Shown here: piece by piece, positions 31,149 to 43,678 of the stretch
Layout: each line of letters begins with the position of its first letter
Numbering within the stretch: position 1 is the stretch's first letter
Assembly: GCA_964057225.1 (NCBI GenBank)
Contig: OZ059895.1
Coordinates: 7,998,001 to 8,062,000, forward strand
Direction: 5' to 3'
Source of the DNA: Auanema rhodensis
Taxonomy: Eukaryota; Animalia; Nematoda
Length of the DNA stretch: 64,000 nt
Position numbers and translations under genes: made by a program
Notes under the pieces: model-generated
The model's input: the letters and a program-made list of their open reading frames with translations, nothing else
Told to the model about the DNA's origin: nothing
Databases searched by the model: none

Positions 31149-34100
31149 TCATCCTCTTAGTATTCTTACCACAGAATGATTGAGCACTACGTCTGTGTAG
31201 CCATTCTCTCTCCACAAAATCTTCTGGAAGAAGCCCGCCTGGCTGCGAGTTACGGTAATAATGACGATTATGGTGCTCCCAATCTAAACGTCCTTCGGAT
31301 GGATGGCAATGATCCATATGTTGACTGAAATTTTCATAAAACTTTAAAGCTATGTAAATTTCAACTCACTTATTTGTACTTCTAGATGGGAAGAAAGCAC
31401 CTTTCAGCATAGGTTTGTGCATAATATTATAAGAATCAGAATGATTGAATTCCCAACAAAGCTCGCATAAGTAAACGAGACAATCGATATCAGCACAGAA
31501 ATTACGGGTGTCAGCTTGTCCACAACCTTCACAAACCATAGATTCTTCCAAATATGGCTTTAGCTCTACCTACAATCAGCTAGCTTGAGAAGTCAAAAAT
31601 AAATGTAACTAACTGTCTTCTGTTGATCAACACTTGTTATAGCAATCTGACTAAGTCTAATAGCATAAACGTATTGCTCACGATTAGCAAAAACAGCACG
31701 CGCTGCTCCTTTCGGATATTCGGTAGAACTCTCAACCTGAAAACCATTCGTTTGCAAAAATACTGTATGATGTAGAATACTTCAATTGTAACAGACAAAA
31801 CTTCTCCAATTTCTTCAAATAAAAATGCAGCTAGCTCCGCTAATATATAATGAGTTAAAAAGTTGCATTACAAAATGATAAACCTGCAGTAGAAGTTCTA
31901 GGAACTCCCCCCATAAAAATAGCGAATCTCTCACTTCCACGATACTTGCCAGAAACCCAATAACGATCAGATTTACACCAAGGTCGGATTTGAACCTATA
32001 AATTAATAAGAAGATAATAACTCAAAAAATCTGAACTGACTATTTTTTCCACAAATATTTCAGGAAAAGTTAATTTCAAACAAAGTTTTCCCGGAGTGGA
32101 ACTGCATCTACTGATAAGACGACGCACAGAGTCAATACTAGCAAAGACTAAAAAGGCATATCCTGCTAAAAATAATGTTAGTGTTCTATAATTAATTATG
32201 TTGATACCTCTCGGCATATGAGGAGAACGCTCACGGTGAGGCCAATCGACTGTCACGTGACCAAAAACAGAGAAAAACTCACAGATTTCATCTGAATTTA
32301 AATGAATTAAATATTTATTTACTGAAATTTTAAGTACCTGCGGTTAAACCTTCAGGAAGCCCTCCTACAAATACTTTTCTAGAGTAGTCGACAGCATTGT
32401 CGTGGCTATACATGTAGCAATTGTTATCCAACACATTACCTAAGAAGATCATTTTTTGTTGAAGTTAAAAAATAGTCACTTGATCCAGAAAAAACGGTGT
32501 CATGATAACCGTAATTTCCCATTGTAAAATTATCCATCCTTCTGTCTTTCTGCGTTTCGCAAACTGAAAACTTTGTGTTACTATTCAAAGATTGTATACT
32601 CACTGTCTCTAGAACTTGAAGAAACACGTCTGGCAGGAGGCTTTCGCAATTCCTCGGATGGGCTAAAATGGAAGACAGTATAAAGTATGAAGGAGAAATA
32701 AACACCATGTTGTTTTTCCAAAGAAAGACCCTTTCTGCATTGGTTTATGCTCGTGACTTATACGGTTATTATGTACAAGAGACCAGCATTTATCACAAAT
32801 GTACAACAAACACTTGAGTTCAGCACAGAAATTACGTGTCTGAACCTTATTACAGTGTTCACAAGTCATATTCTCTTCGAGAAAAGGTTTCATTTCCATC
32901 TTAAAATATAGGCTATTATTATAAGTATGTATTAATTTACTTCTTTTTGCGATTCGCTGGAGAATATGCCAATGTGCCGTTTTGCAATTGCAGTTACGTA
33001 TGACTCGCGCTTACTGAATACAACACGAGCAGCTCCTTTAGGATATTCAGTTTCAATATCAACCTGGCGTAATATTGGTTGAAGACGAGAAGAATTATAA
33101 CTGTCAAACCTCAATATTAACGATTACAACATTTCCAATATAACCATTTATAAGATTCGCTAATTGGCAAGCGGTTGCGGTTCTTGGTACTCCCCCAAGA
33201 AACACCGAGTAGCGAGCCGTAACAGCATCGATTTTATCGTCTTTCCACACTCTGTCAGCATTTCTCCATGGTCTGACTTGAACCTGAAATATTTCAACTT
33301 ATATGAAATCACCTTATTTAATTACTGTTTTAGGACGAGAAGCACTATCCTCCATTTGAATGCATAATCTTCCTTGGAAAAAAAGACAGTTATTAATTAC
33401 AGTCGGAACTGCTTCAGCTGACGTAAAAATTAGGAAAGCATAGCCTAAAATATACTAACGTTAATATTTATTGTCTACGGTTGTAAAACCTTTAGGATAT
33501 TCATCAGACTGCTTTCGATGAGGCCAGTCAACTTTAACTTCCCCGAATCTCATAAAAAAATTGCAAAGTTCCCCTGAGCATAAATGTTGTGAATAAAATT
33601 TCTGAAAGAACACCCTCACCTGACGACATCCCTTCAGGGACTCCTCCAATAAAAACTTTTCTAGAAAACTCAGCCGAATTTTCCCTGACCTGCATTAGAA
33701 TGTCCATAACCTCCAGTTCGTGGTCCTTGTCAATAACTATACAGAAATTGAAGATGGGTCATAATTATTCAACGTACGATCAGAGCTGGAGCCATCAACA
33801 ACGAGAGTAGAATCCGAAATTTTGGAGCAGGGAGAGTTATCTATACAAAATAAAGAATCTTATACTTCAAGGATTAATATTTACCAAAATTAAACTGGTT
33901 ACAAAAATTGGACATTGATGACATGATAGCATTATCACTTGTTTCTGGAAATAATTAATATTTATAAGTAGTGCTTTTTAGATTCGGCACCATTAGGAGT
34001 ATAAAATTTCGGCCGTGTTCTATAACAAGCAGTAAAACTGTTTGTTACTGGTAACTCAGCGTCACAGAAAACTGGAGCTAAACATTTTCAAATAAGTTCT

Positions 34101-34596
34101 GATCAAACTAATGCAAAACTTTACAAAAAGCATGTCGATCAGTTGACGATAATGGCGATGACGATGATGAGAATGTCTGAGTATGAGAACGATTTTCAAT
34201 CGGAAATTCTAAAAGAAGTAAGATCCTACTTTGTCGACCTTTGTATTTTTACCGTAAGAAGTATGCTCTTGGGACGAAATTCGATTTTCTCCACCTTCTT
34301 TGCATAAAATGGAGTGCTGCTCAGAGCCTTCTATAATTGTAATGAACATTTAGGTATTTTCAACTGAACACCGTTAGAATTGTTTTCCATTCCGTGCTTC
34401 TCCAAAGATTTGTTAAAGCTGACTTGTTGTCCGAACCCGGCCTCATTTTTGCAAGGCGATTCATCACTGACTGAGAAGCTGGACATCATTGCTAAAATAC
34501 TTTATTTTCCTAATTATATAAAAACTTCCAACATGTTATTTGGTCCATTCTCGGATATGTCGAGTAGAAATGATCCCAACTGCCCAAGCTGTCCAT
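31149..34596 (-). CDS. CPEB-family RNA-binding protein (cpb-1/cpb-2/fog-1 group) with two tandem RRM1-RRM2-ZZ modules
   Basis: Module 1 (~33664-32720): SRKVFIGGVP, VDWPH, GYAFLIF, VQVRPW, FLGGVPR, EYPKGAARVVF, CEHC..RNFCAELKCLLYICDKCWSLVH..HKP. Module 2 (~32382-31385): SRKVFVGGLP, VDWPH, GYAFLVF, VQIRPW, FMGGVPR, EYPKGAARAVF, CEGC..RNFCADIDCLVYLCELCWEFNH..HKP. The family call is strong. One gene versus two, and the last exon, are less certain. Confidence 0.85.
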
Positions 34597-35208
34597 ATTG
34601 GTTGATCATTAAACAATAAAACTAAATCAAAAAAAGTTTTTAAAAGTTTAAAAAAAAAACTTTAAGTGCTTAAATTTTAAGTTCTAGAGAATCAATACTC
34701 TTTAAATAATACGAGAATACCCGCCCATTTGTAATTTCGTTATGAGACAGATGAAGCTCAATTTGCATACTGTATTTACAACTGTAGTATTTTGAAATTA
34801 GAATACAGTATAGGTCACATGATGTCTGGGAGCATGTTTACGATGCTGTAAAATTTAAATTTGTATTAAAGAACATAATACTCAATGAACGGTTGCTATG
34901 TTAATGTTTTTTATAAAATAGATTTTTATGTATATATATTATATATGAAAAAAAATAAGATAATGTCACGAGGTATTATTCATTTTTTTAAGTTTAAGTG
35001 ATGAGCAAGAATCATATGACGATGCGAACAATTTTTCGGGAAGTAATCTATATATCTTACAACATAATTTGCACGGCAAAGGATTGTATTTTGTCAAAAC
35101 CGATTTAATGATGATTAAGTAAACCAAAATTATTATGTTTCTCTAATCAATCAGTGTTCAGATCATTATAATCGTATATCAAAAGTTGTGCTATTATACG
35201 AGCACCAT

Positions 35209-38019
35209 TCAAGATCGGCCTGATTGGACCAAATTTGATTCCAGTTGGGATTCTAAAATAGCTAGCTTGTGCTTGAGCTCTTCTTTTCTTTCCGCGTTAG
35301 TTTCTGTTGATACTTCATATTGGAGCTGATATACATCTTCCATTAATCTGCCTACATTGGAACTATCTGGCTCGTTCATCTTAATAATCCTACTTAATAG
35401 GTTAATTTTTTTCAAGACTTACTTCAAGCTCATCTACTTCCATTGGATCTTCGTGTTTGAATGCTGCCTCCTTTAATCGGATCTGATCAATAATTTCCTC
35501 TGTAAGGGCTTCGGGTACAGGTTGCAACTTTGGAACAACTCCTACAACATCAGGGAAGGTAGAAACATATGGAGGTAAGGTTGTTGTAGTTGTAGGTACT
35601 GATGTAGTAGTGGTAGGTGGTAATGTTGTAGTGGTAGGTGGTAATGTTGTAGTGGTAGATGGTAATGTCGTAGTGGTAGGTGGTAATGTCGTAGTCGTAG
35701 GTGGTAATGTCGTAGTGGTAGATGGTACTGTCGTAGTGGTAGGTGCTGATGTAGTGGTCATTGGTGTTGTAGTTGCTGGTATTTCTGTTGTTTGTTCTGT
35801 AGTAGTGGTTGTTTCAGGAATAGGTGTTGTTCTGGTATAATGATAAGGTCTGAATGTGGTGAGTTTTGCTGGAATGAATGTGGAGAAAATTCTGTTGGCC
35901 CGATGATAGTCGAATGGAGGTGCTGTTCTCAGTGTGTACCGAACTCGCTCATAAAAACGATAGCGTGTTGTTTTTGGAACTTCTGTAGTGGTTGGGAAAG
36001 TTCTCCAATTTCGTGTGGTTGATGGTTCAGTTGTCACAATTGGTAGGGTCCGTGTTGTGGTTTCAGGATATGTTACAGGTGATTGAGTTGTGGTAGTTGT
36101 AGTAGTTGTTCTTCTTGTAGTTGTCCAAAATGGTCTTCTGAATCTTCTTGTAGAAACAGGAACATTAGCCTCCCAATTGAATGAAGGATGTCTGATCAAG
36201 GTTGCAAAGGTTGATGGCGTTCTAGCGGTAGATGTGGTAGTAGGCATCTCTGTTGTAGTAGTAGTCGTCATTCTGGGCTCTATTGTAGTAGTAGTCGTTG
36301 TTCTGGGCAATTCTCGGAATGGATGGCGAATGCTTAAAAAACGGCGCAGTAGGTATTTGAAATATGGCGCAGCTTTACCGTTTTCCAATAACAAATGGTC
36401 TAGGAGTCACCCTATTGTCAAGCTGCCGATTGCGATCAGGGAATTGATTCCATGATGGCCTTTGAAATACGAAAAACGGCTGTTCACGATTTTTCGTGAA
36501 CTGTCTTCTCTAAGAAAAAACATCATTAGAATTGAATTTCTTGAATGAAAATTACATTATCAAAGGAATTGCGGTTGAATTGGTTTGAAAATCTCTGAAA
36601 ATATAACATTTAAATGTTATCATTGTCTACTGATGTGAAGAAACTAAAGCTGAAATGTTTAAACAAGAAAATGCTGGTGACGGGTGAAATGTATATTGGT
36701 CGCAGAATATTTAAGTCCAAGTTCAAGAATGAAACCTACTTGTGAATCAGTTGTTGTTCTTTCAGTTGTAGATGTGGTAGGAGTTTCAGTTGTTGTGGTC
36801 AAAGTAGTTGCAGTGAGTGGCTCTTTTGTTACATAATGAAACCTAGCTTCTGGGATGTATTTTACACGATTTCTTCGCCAATATGGCTGTTCAGTTGTGC
36901 TGGACGTTTCCGATAGAATTGGGATTATGGTTGATGAAAGGTACTCAACGTGACCATTCGGTTCCACTCTCACAAAATATCGAAGAGGTTGCTGAAATTG
37001 TTACGTTGTGAATGACATTGACAAGCTTTTCGTTCTGCTTTAAGATATGTGGTTTTGCTTCTATTAGCCAAGAAAAAAATTCGCATTAACAGTAAGTGAA
37101 ACCAATATGATTTGATGAACTTGAAGAGTTTATGGTTTTTAAAAACTGATTTGATGAGTGTGAACGATCAAGATATAATGATAGAATGTTAGCAGCTTTT
37201 TCATCTACTAATTTTACAAAATAAACTTCGTAATCTAGACATTTTGCAGCCACTATAATCTTAAAATGATTTATACAATAAGCTATTCTTAAAATAATAT
37301 CTTTTAGTTCAACTTTCTAATAGGGTACATTGTTGCCAAAAGATAGTATTTAGATTACGAAAAAAGTCTGAGATAGTAAGATATTAATGTCAAAATACCA
37401 AATACACAAGGAATAGAATAAGAGAGAGAAACGATTTTAGAGAGTTGTAGAAAGGGGGGGGGGGGGAATAAGATGGAGGCAAGCCTAAGAACGTAAATTG
37501 ATAATGGACCTAACACTAACAATGAAATGATTTCTTTGTTCTTTATCACTTGGAAATAAAAAAAATGAATTCAATTAATACTAAAGGAAAGAATATAATT
37601 AAATATAAAATCACAAAAACGTTCTTCATATGTTACTTGTTGAAAAACTTGACGGCAAGTATCCCATCTACTTTTTATAAACGTAATTCTATCTTCACTT
37701 ACACATTGTTATATTCTAATAGACTGTTGATTGAAAATAAATACATTTCTTGATTTTCTTGAAGAAACAAATAAGTAATCTTCAAAAAACTTTCTATGTT
37801 TTTATTACTATGATGTACGCTTTCAGATCGAAAATGATTCTTCTCGCCTGATTGTTTCCCGGTTTAATTAAAAGATAAGAAGAAATATTATTTATAAATT
37901 GTAAAGTGCAAAGGAAATAAAAAAAAGAGATCAGATGTATGAAAAAGATTAAAACTCATACTTACCGAACTATGAGATTGAACTGAATAGATGAAGAAGA
38001 GAAGCAGTAGCATCTTCAT
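35209..38019 (-). CDS. Secreted Thr/Pro-rich mucin-like protein with a charged, possibly coiled-coil C-terminus
   Basis: Signal peptide exon MKMLLLLFFIYSVQSHSS (38019-37966, GTAAGT donor). Phase-consistent exons lead into long TTT/PTT-rich ORFs and a final exon MNEPD...LESNLVQSGRS*. Confidence 0.8.
35575..35760 (-). repeat. 21-bp coding tandem repeat encoding (TTTTLPP)n
   Basis: gtagtggtaggtggtaatgtt/c units are visible on the + strand. Confidence 0.85.
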
Positions 38020-38795
38020 TGCGACCCTGAAGATGGTTTGCACTATTCCACTGCTACTGATTAAAGTTAGACAACAAGAAGCAGTAGCTGAATGGTAAAC
38101 GACAGAAACTTTTATATACTGGAACCAACTTAAGTTGCAACAAGATGAAAAACGCTTAGAGGGGCGGACACTTCATTCCACTTTTTCACCCAGTCTAACA
38201 TGGAAATACCAGCTTCAGGTCAAGATATGAAGAAAAGCAATAGAAAAATGAAAGTATACAAATGTATATTATATATTATTTGAATATTCAAATATATATA
38301 TATATATATATAATTAAAAATAGTACAGTAATATTTTAAATATTAGATAGTAAAAGACTTTTAATTTTCAACATTCAGGAAATGCGGTTGTTTATACAAT
38401 TTATTTTCCTGAATCATGCTGCATTTGGTGTTATATAATTGATATATGATGTTTAGTTGCTTATGATTTAAGTTCCCAACACATTGATTCCTATAACCAC
38501 TTTATCATTCTGATTATGTTGATTTTCTGATTTATAAATGTTGTAGAACATCCAGGTTATGACCAATACTGTTTCGAAAAAGGAAATGATGATTCCATTG
38601 ATAGATAAAGAATGCGGATTTCTTCCTGTATCCATATTGGGCAGCATTACTCTTTTATGAAAAAATACTGTTTTCCGTTTCAGACTGTCTTATCAGTTTA
38701 ATCTGCGGGAAGGCTTGTAAAACTGCTCAGAGATTAAATGTTTAATTAAATATATATAAAAGCAGAAATATTGTTTAGTGGTATCATTTCGAAAG

Positions 38796-41552
38796 ATGAG
38801 AGCATCTGTGTGCTCTCTTGTGGTTTTAGTGGCATCAGCAGCAGGTAAAACTTATTTTAATGATTTTTAGTTTTTGAATTGTTTTTTTTTATATGATTAT
38901 TTTCACTTTGATCAATTGAAAGCATTTTAATTTACAAAGTATAAACAAAATTTTTATATATATTTAATTTAATAAAACTCAAAAAAAAACATTCTTTTCA
39001 GCCTTGACATGTCCACCAGCCGATCATCCACGGTTCCAGTGTTCAGTTGGAACTATGTTCATAATTGATGCAACATCCCATACCGGATCTGTTGATAATA
39101 TTAATATTGTATAATCAGAAGCATGTGCAAAAGCTGAAAAAAATATTGATTATTTCAGATGTTTGATTATTTGGAGTCACGTATCCTTCCCTATTTCGGA
39201 TTTATCAACTATCAAAATGCTTACATTGCAGTCATGGGCTCAAACAAAGATGGATTTGGCAGTAGTTCCCAATATAATCATGTAAGTATTTTCAAATTGA
39301 TTGATTAAAATGATTATTTCTTATCATCAAGCTAGTATTTCCATCATTTCACACCAATTATTTGATTTATTTTCTAAGCTTTGTGTAACAGTATTGAATT
39401 TCACCTTATGAAAAAGTCGACAATTTTCCCATTTAGGCATGCCATGAAGCGGAACTTTTACGTCAAGATGCTATTTATCATGGTCTCCAGAATGTCTCGT
39501 TGTCAGAGTAAGTTTAATTTAATTTTTTTAGAAAGATATTATCATAACTATATATCTATCTATGCAGTATTTTGTTATTATAGCTCGCTTCAACGTATAT
39601 TCAAAGATCTAGGGGAAGAATATGATGAACCAGTTATTCTATTCACTGCTAATGAGTAAGAATATTATAACTTTAAAACTTTATTTTGTTGTATCAAATC
39701 ATTTTTAGTAATGTAAATGAAATTAATGAAGCAGCCGATATGATTAGATCTCAATACTCCAATTCTGAATTCACTATTGTCGCTTTTAATTCACCGTACC
39801 GCTCATGGCGTTACTTCCACACTTTTGGATTTTATGAAGTATTTCATTAATGATGATACTACTAATCCATTTCAATTTCTTCAGACTTCATTCGATAAGC
39901 TGTTTGATATGAAATACTTGGATTCGTGTATCCTATCTTACTCATGCCGTCAAGTAGAGGATTACTGTAACAATATTAATTGTTTTTTGTTGTTTTAATA
40001 TGATATTTAGGTGAAGCCAAATATGTTCCATCTAATACAACACATGTTCCTTATACTATTAAGCCAACTTTTCCTAATCCACAGCTAGCTCCATTCCAAT
40101 GTAGTTGTGAGGCCGAGAAAATATGGAATGATGTTGCTATTTTGATGGATGTATCTTTTAATGAAGGATTTGGAGAAATGCATACTGTATGTATCTTCGT
40201 CAGATTCTCTCTCTCTTTCATTCACTTCCTTTTTATTTCTTTAACTTTTAAACATTAATAATTATATTTTCAGACATGGCAATATATGCAAAAGTCTTTC
40301 TCCCAATTTAATATTCAGAAAACTAATTTTTCAGATCAAGTAACTATTAATATTTTCAAAAAAAGAATAACATTTCTTCTTCTTTATAGCACTACATGCG
40401 AGTTGGAGTTATTACCTATTCATCTACTGTTAATCTTGCTCATCCTCTTGGTTCATTATCTCGTGATGATCTAGTGGCATTACCTCCACCAAAGCCTTAC
40501 GGAAGTGATGCTGACGTAACTAAGTAAATTCTTTATTAGATGTATAACTCATTATATGTTATTTTCCTTTCCAGGGCTATTCTAGCTGCTATGCAATTGT
40601 TCTCATCAGACAATGCTCGTAATAACAGTAGAAAAACTATTGTCATATTTGGATCAGATTTCACGTAAGTTTTAAAGGACTGGAAAAAAATTAATCCAAT
40701 GATTTAGTGGAGATGAAGTAGCATTAAATGCTGCAAAAAATCAATTTATTCAAAATGGTGGAACTATTATTGTTTATGGTAATGATAAACTATATAAAAC
40801 CTTAAATTTAAACTATCTGTATACAGATGCTAAGGGCGATTTGAATCCAGCGTTGTACGAACTTGGACAAGTTATTCCTCCACGAGACAATGGAACTCAG
40901 ATGACTACTGCAATGTGTGCTGGTAATTATTTGTTTTATTTATTAATTTATTTATAATAATAACTATTAAGCTAACTGCTTCTGTCCTCGAGGATATACT
41001 TCTTATTTCAATGAAGATAATGGTTCTCCAGATGGAGGTTTGAACTTTATTTTTGCTATTTATTAATATGAGAAATGTATTTATAGGATGTTATAAAGTT
41101 TTATCAGTATCTAACAAGGTTCTTGGAAACAGACTATGCAAACAAACTGGAGGATATTTAGCTATTGATGAAAATCCTTCCAAAACTCAATTCTTCTATC
41201 AAAGTAAGTAACAATATAAAAGATTAAACATCTGTTTTATCATTCAGATCTTCATCTGGACTCAAAATCCCAGTACTGGCTTGGACTCACTTATGATTTA
41301 AGCACAAAATCTTATGCTTGGCCAAATAACGATACAGTATGTTTTCAACAAATTTTCCTTTTTGAATAATTTTTTAATTTTCCGATTTCTACTACTTATC
41401 ATCCATGGTCATCATTCCGTATGCCTCCACCAGATAACATGAACTGTGTTACAATGTTGAATCAGCAATGGCTTCAATCTGATTGTCGGCAGTCGTTTTC
41501 AGCTATTTGTGAAGCTCCTCCATGTGATTCAAAAAATTACTGTTCGAATTAG
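38796..41552 (+). CDS. Secreted vWA-vWA-C-type lectin (nematode clec vWA/CTLD family)
   Basis: Signal peptide MRASVCSLVVLVASAAA; degenerate vWA (MFIIDATS); CSCEAEKIWNDVAILMDVS..RVGVITYSS..ARNNSRKTIVIF; ANCFCPRGY..GGCYK..LCKQTGGYLA..YWLGL..NCVTM..W..DC..AICEAPPCDSKNYC. Confidence 0.9.
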
Positions 41553-41930
41553 TGACTTTCTATTGAGAACTGAGCCTGAAGTCACTTGCTGGCTGAATAC
41601 AGTAATGCTGTACAAGCGTAATGCTAATTTAGCTTAAAACATTATTGTTCAAAAACTGTTCATTTTTACAAACTGTAATAACAATTAATAATCATAATAT
41701 TATTAAAAAATTATTGAAGTATATTAAAGCATAGTTAATTTATTACCAGCTATCATCACATTAATAATATAAACATGTGTCATTTTGAATAACCAGAATT
41801 CAAACATCATACAGGGCGATGATACAAAAATCATATAATAATATGAATAGTATCTATATATTCAATACTCGTAAATCAGATAACAAAGAGATAAATATTA
41901 AAGATATCGTCTTTTTTGGCTTAATACATG

Positions 41931-43678
41931 CTATACTATGGCTGTTTTTTTAAAATTTCTTTCAAGTACTGTATACATAACAGATTCAATAATTTGTTCT
42001 ATCTAGAAAAACAAATAATTATTATGATTAAGCTTAATGTTTCTAAAAATAAAAATAACACAAACCTGCTTTGTATCTGTTGCACAAGTGTCATGCATAT
42101 AGATATGTTTGTTCTCACCTCGAATTGGTAATGAATCAAAATGATTTTTAATATATTGTATACTATCTAAATATGTATTAGGTCCTATAATACTATTATT
42201 ATATAATATAATATATTTATATATATTCATATGAAATACCAGTATAATCATTAAAAAATGATTTAATTGATGTGTTACGTATTTTTTGCTCAAATAAATC
42301 TCGTTTATTAAGAAATAGTATGATAGCTGATTTGATGAACCAACGAGTAGCACAGATATGTTTGAAAAGATCTATAGACTCACGTAATCTATTCTAAAAA
42401 ATTATTTTTAAATCTATTTTTCTCAATTAATATTATTTTGTTTTTATATAATATTGTTATATACTAATGAAGCATTATAGATACTGTATAATATTTATAT
42501 ACAACATCAAGTATCTAATGAAGTTCTTTATATTTTATTAACATTTGAAATAAAATTCAAACTTTTAATTCAAATAATAAAAATTACTTACTGTATGAGA
42601 ATCTTCTAATAATTTCTGATCAAATTCATTAATAGCTGTTATATATATTACAGCATCTACATTTTCAAAAAGATGAATCCATTTTCTTCGTTCTGAACGT
42701 TGACCTCCAACGTCTACAACTCTGAAAATTAAATATTTTTAATATAATATATATAATTTATGTAATAGTTACCTAAACATAACACCACGAACGGGAAAAT
42801 TTAGTTGTACTATGCCTGAAGTAGGTACACGAATATGTAAGATGTCCTCACATGATGGAACATATGTCGATTGGGATATACGATCTAATGATTCCATAAA
42901 ACTTGAAAAAAAAATGTTGCGATTTTATTTTCTAAGTTGAAGTTGCTTACTAAGGTAAATTATGATCAACTTGATAATCTGATTTACGTTCATAAGTCAT
43001 TTCCACATTCTTGTCAAACCATAGTCTGAAAGTCAAAATATTATAAAATATAATTAATCTTTTTCTGATCAATAGAAATATTTTTTTAATTTCCAACCTT
43101 CGTATTGCCTGAACAGTTTGTTCACAAAATGGATTTGAATCTTTTCCAGAATGTATTAAAGTTTTAATAAATTTAGCATCTTCCTTAAAGTACAACAGTT
43201 TTTATACATCATTATATATTTTTTTAAAAATCAAAAACATACTTCTAGTTGTTCTTGACTGAAAAAATAACCAAATTTAGGCATTGCTTCAATAACAGTA
43301 TGTATTCCCATGACTATTGTACTGTATACAATTGGCTTGATACTTGTACGATCGGCAGCGGAAAAGCCTTCACGATGCAGAATTCTGAAATCAGTGAATA
43401 TAAAAAAAATGAATAAATGAGTAACGGAAGGAAAAGCTGAAAAAAAAACTGAAATACGTACTGCATCTGCTTTATTATGGTACTTTTTCCACATTCACCC
43501 GTTCCTTAAAAAAGCAATTGTGATTATGAAAAACAACAACAACAACAATGAATTTACCTAATAACAGAAGCTTTTGATCTCCAATAGAATTATTTTCAGA
43601 TTCACGTATTTGTTTATCAATTTTTTTATTAATCATATTTTGTTTTCTGATCTCCGGTGTTGCACATACAGAGCCCAT
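41931..43678 (-). CDS. gpa-15: Nematode-specific G-protein alpha subunit
   Basis: [49 protein letters not shown] closely matches my recollection of GPA-15. Also [28 protein letters not shown] and TCATDT, complete to ...KKTAIV*. Confidence 0.9.

Noticed and set aside
35610-36455. Val-rich + strand ORFs
   Set aside because: They are antisense shadows of the Thr-rich mucin exon.
37861-37870. GGTTTAATTA, matching the start of SL1
   Set aside because: The match stops after 10 nt, with no donor or Sm site following.
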